Of a stretch of DNA of 12,100 nt, positions 1 to 8,542 are shown one piece after another. Source of the stretch: Fibrobacterota bacterium (GTDB taxonomy: Bacteria > Fibrobacterota > Fibrobacteria > UBA11236); assembly GCA_043753995.1 (NCBI GenBank), contig JAYUVP010000035.1:1-12100 (forward strand), written 5' to 3'. The first letter of the stretch is position 1. Every line of letters starts with the position of its first letter. Below the pieces are notes generated by a model. The model saw only the letters and a program-made list of their open reading frames with translations. It was not told the DNA's origin and searched no databases. The position numbers and the translations under genes were made by a program.

Positions 1-413
1 TCGAAAACCTCGGATCCCTTGGGAACCTTGCGCCCCATGTCTTCCGCGGCCAGGCCGGAAAACTTTTCATCGGCCAAAACATGAAACTCACCGGATGCGA
101 AATTTCTTTGAATCGCATGCCCGCAGGAGCGACCATGCCCTTCACTCATGCCCATCGTCAAAACGAGGAGGTTTATGTGATACTCGGAGGCAAGGGCATT
201 TTCTTTTTGGACGGAGAAGAAATTCCGGTGCAAGAAGGCACCGTGATTCGAGTCGATCCGGATTGCCATCGCAGTTGGCGAACTGACGGGGATGAGCTGT
301 ATTTTCTTTGCATTCAGGCTAAGCGCAACTCACTGGAACAGGCGACCTTGGGAGATGGCTATCCCGTGCCGACCTTGGCGTCTTGGATGATGAAGGCCGA
401 AGTCGCTCGCTAA
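1..413 (+). CDS. Cupin domain-containing protein (5' end outside window)
   Basis: Frame is open from position 3 (ENLGSLGNLAPHVFRGQAGKLFIGQN-MKLTGCEISLN...), so the true start probably lies upstream of the window. Cupin motif 1 (PFTHAHRQNEEVYVILGGKG) and motif 2 (GTVIRVDPDCHRSW) are present. Confidence 0.85.
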   Translation, partial: ENLGSLGNLAPHVFRGQAGKLFIGQNMKLTGCEISLNRMPAGATMPFTHAHRQNEEVYVILGGKGIFFLDGEEIPVQEGTVIRVDPDCHRSWRTDGDELYFLCIQAKRNSLEQATLGDGYPVPTLASWMMKAEVAR

Positions 414-461
414 CCCAACTCCAAGGCGATTTGGATCGGTGGATGAGGGCAGGGGAGGCAG

Positions 462-488
462 AGCCGCCCCTGAAAAAGGGGGGCTTTT
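462..488 (+). terminator. Probable rho-independent terminator between convergent cupin and map
   Basis: Hairpin AGCC(G)CCCCT-GAAAA-AGGGGGGCT running into TTTT (485-488), which overlaps the map stop codon. Confidence 0.6.
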
Positions 489-1233
489 ACACTCGCGTCA
501 GTACCAAGGGCTCTCCCTCGGTCACCACCACGGTATGCTCGTATTGCGCCACGCGACTGCCGTCGGGCGTGACCAGAGTCCAACCATCATCGCTTTCTTC
601 GGCAATGCGCGCGCCGGTGGAGACAAAGGTTTCAATGGCCAAGACCATGCCTTTATGAAATTTTCCGCCGATGTTAGGATCGTAATAGTTCACCAGACCC
701 TCGGGAGGTTCATGTAAACGCGCTCCCGTGCCATGACCGGATAGATTACGGATGGTCTCGAAACCGTCGCGGCGGGCTTCGGTCTCGATGGCTTTGCCGA
801 CCAAATTGATTTTGGCTCCCGCGCGCGCGACGCGCAAAGCTTGAGTGAGGGCACGGCGCGAAGCCTCACAGAGACGAAGCAATTCCGCATCGTCGCCGCG
901 GAAAAGCAGGGTGGCGCCGGTATCGGCATAAAAGCCTTTGCGGCATGCGGAGACATCGAAATTGATCAAATCTCCCGCTTGTATCCGTCGAGCTCCCGGT
1001 ATGCCATGAGCTACTTCCTCATTGACGCTAATACAGGTCGTGCCGGGAAAGCCATAATCTTTGCGGGGAGCCGAGATGGCCTCATGCTCAGCAAGGACTC
1101 GGGCAGCGATGGCGTCCAATTCAAGGGTTGTGATGCCAGGCTCCACGGCATCTTGCATGGCTCGCATGGCCAGAGCCACGGCACGCCCAGCCTTGCGTAA
1201 AGCGTCGAGTTCGAAAGGTTCACGTACGGTCAT
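487..1233 (-). CDS. map: Type I methionyl aminopeptidase
   Basis: Motifs GFPGTTCISVNEEVAHGIP, GDLINFDVS, GFYADTG, GHGTG..LHE, IETF and AQYEHT supply all five metal ligands (D, D, H, E, E); 248 aa. Confidence 0.95.
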   Translation of the reverse strand: MTVREPFELDALRKAGRAVALAMRAMQDAVEPGITTLELDAIAARVLAEHEAISAPRKDYGFPGTTCISVNEEVAHGIPGARRIQAGDLINFDVSACRKGFYADTGATLLFRGDDAELLRLCEASRRALTQALRVARAGAKINLVGKAIETEARRDGFETIRNLSGHGTGARLHEPPEGLVNYYDPNIGGKFHKGMVLAIETFVSTGARIAEESDDGWTLVTPDGSRVAQYEHTVVVTEGEPLVLTRV

Positions 1234-1805
1234 GAGGCCAATACCTTTTCAATGCGCCTATCGGGCACCAACCAAATAATAGCCACGACGATATAAAGCG
1301 CGCCAGCCAACCACGACGAGACAAAAGCCAGGGCAATGGCGACGGCATAAATCAGGACCGAAATCACGCCTTTGAAATCTTTGCCCACTGCCTTGGCCAG
1401 CAAAGATTCCGCACCATGACGCTTCAATAGGACGCGCACGAGGATATAATAGGCGACACCCGCGGCTAATAGCACCACGCCATATAGCGCCGTGGGTATG
1501 GGAGTGAAATGGTTCTCACCCATCCAGCCCGTGACGAAAGGCACCAAGGACAACCAGAACAAAAGATGCAGATTAGCCCAAAGAATTCGGCCGTCCACCG
1601 TTTGAACGCTATGAAGCAAATGATGGTGGTTATTCCAGTATATTCCGATATAAATGAAGCTCAGGACATAGCCCAGGAAAACTGGGATCAAGGGTTTCAA
1701 CGAAACCCAATCCTGTCCGTGGGGGACCTTCAATTCCAGCACCATGATGGTGATGATAATGGCCAAAACCCCGTCGCTGAATGCCTCTAATCGACCCTTA
1801 CCCAT
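1230..1805 (-). CDS. TMEM175-family (DUF1211) potassium channel
   Basis: N-terminal RLEAFSDGVLAIIITIMVLEL (RxxxFSD signature), YWNNHHHL and WANLHLLFWLSLVPF; about 6 hydrophobic segments; SD-like AGGGGTG upstream of the ATG. Confidence 0.92.
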   Translation of the reverse strand: MGKGRLEAFSDGVLAIIITIMVLELKVPHGQDWVSLKPLIPVFLGYVLSFIYIGIYWNNHHHLLHSVQTVDGRILWANLHLLFWLSLVPFVTGWMGENHFTPIPTALYGVVLLAAGVAYYILVRVLLKRHGAESLLAKAVGKDFKGVISVLIYAVAIALAFVSSWLAGALYIVVAIIWLVPDRRIEKVLAS

Positions 1806-1891
1806 TTGCTCACCCCTAATTTTGTCACCAGAAATTAGTTCAAGCGTAAATCAAGGACGGCACTTGGGAGAGATAACCTGCATGTTACGTC

Positions 1892-3799
1892 TTATTTTTG
1901 AATTGCCCCTAGGGCATTCCGGGTAGCTTGGGGCAAGGAAAAGCCATTCCAACGGGGATTCCGTATATTCCCTTGTCGCGCCGGACTGCGCAAGGATTTG
2001 TTGCGTTTTTGATTCGGCCTGGGCTTGATATCGATGGTTACGAACTTGCCTTCGGCATTGGCCGCGAGAATGCCCGCGAGATAAACCGCCGGGCCATTCC
2101 AATAAATGGCCACTTCATTCGAAGCATAGCATGAAGTTTGATCGCTGAAAGCCTTGGCGGGTACCTTGGACTTGTAAACGCAAATACTCGATGTGTCTTG
2201 TCGGCCCGGATTGGGGCCTCCGGAAAGCATGCCGGGCACCGGGTCGACTATCGTGTCACTGCCCGAGGGACGATGATGGGGATACATCACCGGATTCCAA
2301 CCATAGCCCGTAACATAGGAGTAACCCGTACCATTACGCCCCAGCAAATAATCCTGCCAATCAGTAGCGGCATTGAGAAAGGTTTTATCCTGGGTAAGGC
2401 GATAGGCCATCATCAAAATCATGCCCTGGGCGGCGATATTGCCATTCGATCCCCAGAAGAAGTCGCCCGGTATCAAGCCAACGCCGAAAGCCGAAGTGTT
2501 GGCACGACCGGTATAAACCTTGGCCATGTTGACGATGCGAGCTTGCACATCCGCCGCCGAAATACGCGCGGGCAGGGTGCCGCCGCGCTGCATGTGGCTG
2601 GCAAGGCTGAACAAGGCGAAGGAATTGACCGAGGCCCAACTCGGAACAGAAAAACTCCCGGTCAAGGTGTTTTGCGGATTCACTGCCACGAAAAAAGAGT
2701 CTTCGCTCGTGGTGAGGCCCAATTCGATGCCAGCCCAGTAGCGCTCATCCGCTACCGATTCGTCACCGTACTCGCCCGTCACAATATCTGGAGTGAATAT
2801 TTTGTTCAGGCTGTCTTGTTTGTAGGTCAGCTTGGGATTGGCTTCTCCCCAAGCCCAAGCCTTGCGAGCGGCAGCCACCGCACTATCGGCCAAGCCGGGC
2901 AAATTCGATTCAAATGGACGCAAAACCCGGGCGGCCTTGGCGAGCGCCGCGGCGAAGTCATAGGTCGCCGTGACAGATTTTTGTACGGCATAGCGGACAT
3001 CCAAATCTTTATCTGGCATCACGAAACCCGAAAAATTTGCGGAGGTGATTTTGTGATAGACACCGCCGTCCTGGGGATCCTGGCAACGCAAAAGCATTCG
3101 CAAAGCCCAAATCGCCTCATCGAGTAAATCGGGCAGGGTATTGCCGCTTTCGGGAATATTCAAATTAAAGGACTTGAAAAAATCCGGGGCATCTTCATAG
3201 GTGGCGAGCAATTCGGCAATGGTGACCGCGGTCGGCCCCATATATTTATTGTAGTCGCCGGCATCATACCAGCCGCCCGTAGCATTCAGGAGAAATCCGT
3301 CGGGACGACTTGCAGTTGCAGCCGAGCCATGCACCCTGACCTTGTCATCGGCATGACCTGCACCTCGCGCCCATTTGCCCGCAAATTCTGGTTTTAAAAC
3401 TAGGGAAGCGCGATTGAAGTAAAAATAGCGAGTTAAATCGCGATAGAGATCACGATAGATTGTGCTGTCGATGCGGAAGTTTCCCGAAGCTCCCACGCCG
3501 GGTACCTCCAAGCGATAAGTCCCGGGGGTTTTCACTTCAGAAAAATCTGCCAGCCGGGCGCTTTCTTCCGAAGGCGTCCAGGTCCCCTTGGCTCCTAGTT
3601 TACCCGAAAACACCTTTTGACCCGAGGTGCTATCGATGATGTCAAAATCGGATCCCGAGTCTCCGACTACCGCGGCCCGCTTGGGACTTAAGGGCAAAAA
3701 ACCCAATTGATTCAAACGCAAATTGAGCGAAGGTGCCGCGCTCATGGAAGCTGCAAAAACCAAGGCCACCGCTATAAACCGATTCAAAGCTGTAAGCAA
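1892..3799 (-). CDS. Glycoside hydrolase family 9 (endoglucanase-type) with N-terminal Ig-like domain, secreted
   Basis: Signal-peptide-like N-terminus; CelD_N Ig start RLNQLGFLP..K; catalytic motifs GGWYDAGDYNKY, YLLGRN..GYSYVTGYG..PHHRPS and NEVAIYWN. Start placed at TTG 3799 after GGAGG (3808-3804); the ORF extends to TTG 3823, so the start is uncertain. Confidence 0.93.
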   Translation of the reverse strand: MLTALNRFIAVALVFAASMSAAPSLNLRLNQLGFLPLSPKRAAVVGDSGSDFDIIDSTSGQKVFSGKLGAKGTWTPSEESARLADFSEVKTPGTYRLEVPGVGASGNFRIDSTIYRDLYRDLTRYFYFNRASLVLKPEFAGKWARGAGHADDKVRVHGSAATASRPDGFLLNATGGWYDAGDYNKYMGPTAVTIAELLATYEDAPDFFKSFNLNIPESGNTLPDLLDEAIWALRMLLRCQDPQDGGVYHKITSANFSGFVMPDKDLDVRYAVQKSVTATYDFAAALAKAARVLRPFESNLPGLADSAVAAARKAWAWGEANPKLTYKQDSLNKIFTPDIVTGEYGDESVADERYWAGIELGLTTSEDSFFVAVNPQNTLTGSFSVPSWASVNSFALFSLASHMQRGGTLPARISAADVQARIVNMAKVYTGRANTSAFGVGLIPGDFFWGSNGNIAAQGMILMMAYRLTQDKTFLNAATDWQDYLLGRNGTGYSYVTGYGWNPVMYPHHRPSGSDTIVDPVPGMLSGGPNPGRQDTSSICVYKSKVPAKAFSDQTSCYASNEVAIYWNGPAVYLAGILAANAEGKFVTIDIKPRPNQKRNKSLRSPARQGNIRNPRWNGFSLPQATRNALGAIQK

Positions 3800-3846
3800 A
3801 TCCCCTCCAAGTAAATCCCTCAAGACGTCTTCAGTGGTCGGGGATT

Positions 3847-3875
3847 AGCATGGGGTTCAAGGCCAATCCTGGCAA
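3847..3875 (-). promoter_or_regulatory. Candidate sigma70-type promoter for the GH9 gene
   Basis: Minus strand TTGCCA-N17-CATGCT; good -35 and spacing, weak -10. Confidence 0.3.
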
Positions 3876-3893
3876 ACCACTTAATTGGTTTTG

Positions 3894-3922
3894 TTTACCC
3901 GCTTTGAACAGCTTGCTACTCT
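3894..3922 (+). promoter_or_regulatory. Candidate sigma70-type promoter (extended -10) for the efflux operon
   Basis: TTTACC-N17-TACTCT, with TG at 3914-3915 giving TGnTACTCT. Confidence 0.4.
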
Positions 3923-3968
3923 GCAACCAAGCCCATCCCTGACTGGTCTAACTTTGAAAACCTCACCC

Positions 3969-5312
3969 ATGCGCATCCACCTCACTCCCACTCACATGAT
4001 TAGCCTTTACCTTGCCATCGCCATCCTCTTGCCCTTCCCGGCTGGAGCCGCCACCGGGGATACGCTTTCCCTGGAGCAAAGCCTCGCCTTGGCAGCGAGC
4101 CATAATCCTCGATTGCAAGGCGCTGCGGGATCGGTCCGCCAAAGTGAAGGCCAATGGCTGGCGACACGCTCCACGCTTTTTCCACAAATCAGTTTGCAGG
4201 GCGGCGCGAAAAGATCCGGCGTGAATGGCGCCACCCTCTCCAGCGATGGCCAACAACGCGAAGACATCCAATCCACCCAAATAGAGGCTTCGCTGCGGCA
4301 AAACCTTTGGGATTTCGGACGCTCCCAAGCCCGTGTGGAAGGTGGGAATCGCAGCCGACTGGCCTCTCTAGAGGCCGCCGATGCCGTGCGTCAAGACGTT
4401 TTGCTGGGAGTCATGCAGTCCTACTATGGGCTTTGGCAGGCGGAGGCCGTGGCCCTGGTGCAAAAGGAAGCATTGAAGCAAGCCCTGGCACATTGGGAGC
4501 AGGCAAAATCTTTGCTTTCAGTAGGTAGCGGAACACGATACCTGGTGATCAAGGCGGAAGTCGATGTGGAAAATGCCCGGCTTGTCGCCGTGCGCAGTGA
4601 GAATGCGAAAAGAATTGCCAAGGAACAATTGCAAAATGCGATTGGCTTTCCCCTGCCACCCTCCCCTATCCTCACCGACAGTCTCACCTCCGATACTTCG
4701 GGAACCGAATCGACTCCGACTGACATCGAAGCTGCCGCCCAACTCGCGGTGGAAAAGCGCCCGGAAACCAAGGCCGCACGCCTGAGGCTGGAATCGGCGC
4801 GGCAAAATGCGCTTGCCGCAAATCGTTCCTCCTGGCCAGCCCTGAGCGGTCAAGCCGGTTATGGCGTTTCAACGCAAAGCCCGAAATGGGGCTGGCAGGG
4901 CAGTTGGCAAGTCGGCGTTAATTTCAGCCTCCCTGTATTCGACGGGGGAGCCTTGCGTGGGGCGCGCCACCAAGCCGAAGGCGGTGTCGAATCGGCCCTC
5001 GCCGACTTGGCCTTGGAAGAACAAAGCGTGGCCTTAGATGCCCGCCAACAAGCCCTGGCATGGCAAGAGGCCAATCAAAGCGTCTCTATCGCCTCTCGCT
5101 TGGTGGCGCAAGCTACACTCGGATTAGACCTGTCACAGGAACGTTACCGTACCGGGGCGGGTCATTTTCTCGAATTGATGGACGCCGAACTCGCTTTGTC
5201 CCAAGCGCGCATTGCGCGAATTCAGGCCTTGGTCGACCGCCGTCTCGCCAAAGCGAAATTATTGCGCGCCCAAGGGGATTGGAAAATCGCCGGCCTAGGA
5301 ATCAAACCATGA
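3969..5312 (+). CDS. TolC-family outer membrane efflux protein
   Basis: Signal peptide ending PAGA; LSLEQSLALAASHNPRL; two OEP repeats (LRQNLWDFG and FSLPVFDGG); ERYRTGAGHFLELMDA. Start ATG 3969 or 3996 is more plausible than 3885. Confidence 0.92.
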   Translation: MRIHLTPTHMISLYLAIAILLPFPAGAATGDTLSLEQSLALAASHNPRLQGAAGSVRQSEGQWLATRSTLFPQISLQGGAKRSGVNGATLSSDGQQREDIQSTQIEASLRQNLWDFGRSQARVEGGNRSRLASLEAADAVRQDVLLGVMQSYYGLWQAEAVALVQKEALKQALAHWEQAKSLLSVGSGTRYLVIKAEVDVENARLVAVRSENAKRIAKEQLQNAIGFPLPPSPILTDSLTSDTSGTESTPTDIEAAAQLAVEKRPETKAARLRLESARQNALAANRSSWPALSGQAGYGVSTQSPKWGWQGSWQVGVNFSLPVFDGGALRGARHQAEGGVESALADLALEEQSVALDARQQALAWQEANQSVSIASRLVAQATLGLDLSQERYRTGAGHFLELMDAELALSQARIARIQALVDRRLAKAKLLRAQGDWKIAGLGIKP

Positions 5313-6565
5313 AACTCCGCAATTGGATTTTATCCGCAACCCTGATGGCTACCGGCCTGGGCGGGGCTTTTTGGTGGTGGCAGCAAAGAGAAAAGGCGCC
5401 TTCCTTTCGTCTTGCCGCCGTGGAAAAAGGGGACTTGCGACGCGTGGTGACCGCCACAGGGACCATCAATCCGCGCCTAGTCGTGCAAGTGGGCACCCAG
5501 GTTTCGGGTACCATTGCCAAGGTTTTGGTCGACTTCAATAGCCATGTGAAAAAGGGCCAGCTACTGGCAAAAATCGATACCACGTTTTTACGAGCCGCTG
5601 TCGAAGAGGCCGAGGCTGGCTACATGCGGTCTCATACCCAAGTGGATTTAGCCGAGAAGCAAGCCGCCCGTTCACGACAGCTCTTTGACAAGGGATTGGC
5701 ATCGCAGGCGGACTGGGAGCAAGCCCAAGCCGATTTCGCGGTGACGAAAGCCAATGCGGTCAGCTCACGTGCAGCCCTCGATCGGGCACGCATCAATATG
5801 CGATATGCGTCCATCACGGCACCCATAGATGGCGTGGTCATCGCGAAACAAGTCGACGCCGGTCAAACCGTAGCGGCAAGCTTCAATACACCCACCCTAT
5901 TCACCTTGGCTGATGCTCTCGACAGTATGGAAGTACAAGCGAATGTCGATGAAGCCGATATCGGCCAAGTGTGGAAAGGTCAAAGCGCGAGCTTTTCCGT
6001 CGATGCTTATCCCGGACGCGACTTCGCCGCTCAGGTGGTCGAAGTGCGTTTGCAACCGACCACGGTGCAAAACGTGGTGCAATACACGGTCATCTTGCGG
6101 GTCCACAATGGTGACGGCAAGCTTTTGCCTGGCATGACGGCCAATGTGACCCTACTGGTGAAAGAGCGAAAGAACGTACTAAAGGTGCCGAGCGCCGCCC
6201 TAGCATTCACCCCCGCGCGGCCAAAAGGAAAAAGCGGCAAACGATTCGCGGACTCTTCGGCTATGGCTGGGGAAAAAAGCGCCTCCGGGCTTGGTGGTGA
6301 GCGCAATGGAAAGCGTCGCAAAGGCGGCGCCAACGATTCGACGGGCCGCGTATTCATGCTTGTCTCGGGCAAACCCAAGCGCATCGCCGTCAAATTGGGT
6401 CTGAGCGATGGGGGTTACACCGAAGTGACGGGAGAGATCGCGGCAGGCGATTCCGTCATTGTGGGCAGCGCCGGCTCCAGCGCAAACTCAGGCGCTACGC
6501 GCAGCATGACTAGCCCGGGACCCAGTCCCCAGGGCGGTGGCATGCAAGGTTTGCGGAGACTGTAA
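5309..6565 (+). CDS. Efflux periplasmic adaptor / membrane fusion protein (MacA/YknX-like)
   Basis: ATG 5309 overlaps the TolC stop (ATGA). N-terminal TM anchor, VTATGTINP..VQVGTQVSGTI, ITAPIDGVVI, VDEADIGQV..GQ...FSVDAYP and LLPGMTANV. Confidence 0.93.
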   Translation: MKLRNWILSATLMATGLGGAFWWWQQREKAPSFRLAAVEKGDLRRVVTATGTINPRLVVQVGTQVSGTIAKVLVDFNSHVKKGQLLAKIDTTFLRAAVEEAEAGYMRSHTQVDLAEKQAARSRQLFDKGLASQADWEQAQADFAVTKANAVSSRAALDRARINMRYASITAPIDGVVIAKQVDAGQTVAASFNTPTLFTLADALDSMEVQANVDEADIGQVWKGQSASFSVDAYPGRDFAAQVVEVRLQPTTVQNVVQYTVILRVHNGDGKLLPGMTANVTLLVKERKNVLKVPSAALAFTPARPKGKSGKRFADSSAMAGEKSASGLGGERNGKRRKGGANDSTGRVFMLVSGKPKRIAVKLGLSDGGYTEVTGEIAAGDSVIVGSAGSSANSGATRSMTSPGPSPQGGGMQGLRRL

Positions 6566-6566
6566 A

Positions 6567-7325
6567 ATGGCCAAGCCGCTGATTCGGCTCGAAGGCCTGT
6601 CCAAGGTCTATGCCTCCGAAGGCAATCGGGTGGATGCTCTGCGCAGCATTAACCTGACCATTCATCCTGGCGAATTCGTTTGCATCATGGGCACGAGCGG
6701 CTCCGGCAAATCGACCTTGATGAACATACTCGGATGCTTAGACGTGCCGACTTCAGGCCGCTTTTTCCTGGAAGAGCGCGAGGTGCAAACCTTGTCGCGA
6801 GACGCTTTGGCCGCTTTACGCAATCGCTTCATGGGTTTCGTCTTTCAGTCTTTCAATTTGCTGCCACGCACCACGGCTCTGGAAAATGTCGAATTACCCA
6901 TGCTTTATGGCCCGCGCCTGCCGCAAGCCATCTTGCGCGAACGAGCCATCAAAGCCCTGCAAGCTGTGGGACTGGGCGAAAGAGCCCATCATTTTCCCAA
7001 TCAGCTTTCCGGAGGCCAGCAGCAGCGCGTCGCTATAGCCCGCGCCATCGCCACCGAGCCTTTGCTGATTCTTGCCGACGAGCCCACCGGCAATCTCGAC
7101 AGTAAAACCAGCTTGGAAATCATGCAGGTTTTCCAAGGTCTGCACGCCAAAGGCTTGACTGTAATATATGTCACGCATGAACAGAATATTGCCGCCTTCG
7201 GCACGCGCATCCTGACCTTTCGCGATGGCCGCATCCTTAGCGACCAAGCCGTGGAAAACCCCGCCGATGCCGCTACGGAATTAGCTCGCTTGGAAAGGTC
7301 ACAAAGACTAGAGGCCACGCCATGA
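6567..7325 (+). CDS. ABC transporter ATP-binding protein (MacB/LolD-type NBD)
   Basis: Walker A GTSGSGKST, Q-loop GFVFQSFNLL, signature LSGGQQQRVAIARA, Walker B ILADEPTGNLD and H-loop VTHE. ATG 6567 is preceded by GGAG (6555-6558). Confidence 0.95.
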   Translation: MAKPLIRLEGLSKVYASEGNRVDALRSINLTIHPGEFVCIMGTSGSGKSTLMNILGCLDVPTSGRFFLEEREVQTLSRDALAALRNRFMGFVFQSFNLLPRTTALENVELPMLYGPRLPQAILRERAIKALQAVGLGERAHHFPNQLSGGQQQRVAIARAIATEPLLILADEPTGNLDSKTSLEIMQVFQGLHAKGLTVIYVTHEQNIAAFGTRILTFRDGRILSDQAVENPADAATELARLERSQRLEATP

Positions 7326-8542
7326 GCTTCCTCGGTGTCCTGCGGCTTGCCCTGCGTTCCTTGCTGCGCAATAAGCTTCGCTCCTTTCTTACCATGTTGG
7401 GCGTGGTCATCGGCGTAGGTGCCGTCATTGCCATGCTCGCCGTGGGCCAGGGCAGCCGTGACTTGGTGAATGCCCAGATCGCTTCTCTTGGCACCAATGT
7501 GGTCATTGTTTTTCCCGGATCGCAAAGCCAAGGCGGCGTGCGCACCGAAGCGGGGGCTTCCACCCGTCTCACCGAGGATGACGCCAAGGCCATCTCGGCC
7601 CAGGTGATAGAAGCGGCCGAGGTATCGCCCATGGTACGTACCAATTCCCAGGTCAAACACCTGGGACGGAATTGGCGCACCTCCATCATGGGTGTCTATC
7701 CCAGCTATTTGCGCATACGCGATTGGGAATTGGAAGCGGGCTCTCCCTTTGGCGAAGCCGAATTGCGGGGGGCCGGTAAGGTTTGCCTTTTGGGGCGCAC
7801 CGTGGCCGACAACCTTTTCGGCGAAGGTGCCAATCCCATCGGCGAAGACATACGCATCAAGAACATCCCCTTTCGCGTCATCGGCATTCTCGCCGCCAAA
7901 GGGCAAAACGCTATGGGACAGGATCAAGACGATGCCGTCATCGCCCCCTTTAGCACGGTGCAAAAGCGCTTGATGGGTGTGACCAATGCCAATATGATTT
8001 TGGTTTCGGCGGCATCGAGCGATCTCATCGATGCGACGCGGGACGGCATCAAGCAAGCCCTTTCCGATCGCCGTTCGCGCCAAGGTGAGGACGGCGCGGA
8101 TTTCACGGTGCGTACGCAAACCGATATCGGCAATGCCGCGGATGCTACTTCAAAGGCGCTCGGCGTTTTACTCGCCAGCATCGCCGGCGTTTCCCTGCTG
8201 GTGGGAGGCATAGGCATCATGAATATCATGCTGGTCTCGGTCACCGAGCGGACGCGCGAAATCGGCATACGCATGGCCGTTGGCGCGCGCGGCCGCGACG
8301 TCTTGCTGCAATTCCTGGTCGAGGCCGTGGTTCTGAGTCTAGCCGGAGGCTTGCTGGGCATAGCCCTGGGCGTTGGCATTTCCTTTCTCGTCACCCAAAT
8401 CCAAGGCTGGCCGGTCACGGTATCGCCCATGTCCATCGCCTTGGGCTTTGGATTCTCGGCGGCCGTCGGCGTATTTTTCGGTTGGTTTCCCGCGCGCAAG
8501 GCGGCGCAATTGAATCCCATCGATGCCTTGAGATTTGAGTGA
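7322..8542 (+). CDS. ABC transporter permease (MacB periplasmic core plus FtsX domain)
   Basis: NKLRSFLTMLGVVIGVGAVIAM, ISLLVGG-like GVSLLVGGIGIMNIMLVSVTERTREIGIRMAVGA, and C-terminal PARKAAQLNPIDALRFE; ATGA overlap with the ATPase gene. Confidence 0.95.
   Translation: MSFLGVLRLALRSLLRNKLRSFLTMLGVVIGVGAVIAMLAVGQGSRDLVNAQIASLGTNVVIVFPGSQSQGGVRTEAGASTRLTEDDAKAISAQVIEAAEVSPMVRTNSQVKHLGRNWRTSIMGVYPSYLRIRDWELEAGSPFGEAELRGAGKVCLLGRTVADNLFGEGANPIGEDIRIKNIPFRVIGILAAKGQNAMGQDQDDAVIAPFSTVQKRLMGVTNANMILVSAASSDLIDATRDGIKQALSDRRSRQGEDGADFTVRTQTDIGNAADATSKALGVLLASIAGVSLLVGGIGIMNIMLVSVTERTREIGIRMAVGARGRDVLLQFLVEAVVLSLAGGLLGIALGVGISFLVTQIQGWPVTVSPMSIALGFGFSAAVGVFFGWFPARKAAQLNPIDALRFE

Noticed and set aside
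414..461. Short inverted repeat TCCAA-N6-TTGGA (420-435) and ORFs 383-658 and 439-717
   Set aside because: The repeat is too short to exceed chance; the ORFs cross a terminator and run antisense into map.
2138..3127. 329-aa + strand ORF
   Set aside because: Lies entirely antisense to the well-supported GH9 gene and has no recognisable motifs; a shadow ORF.
3870..3885. Possible sigma54 promoter TGGCAA-N5-TTAA
   Set aside because: Lacks the essential GC at -12.
3885..3968. N-terminal extension of the TolC ORF from TTG 3885
   Set aside because: Would bury the signal peptide and covers the candidate promoter.
5060..5308. 83-aa N-terminal extension of the adaptor ORF
   Set aside because: Overlaps the TolC coding region; ATG 5309 gives an ATGA coupling and a normal N-terminal anchor.
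7001..8119. 372-aa - strand ORF (and 7924-8553, 209 aa)
   Set aside because: Antisense to the ABC ATPase and permease genes, with no domain signature; expected in GC-rich coding DNA.
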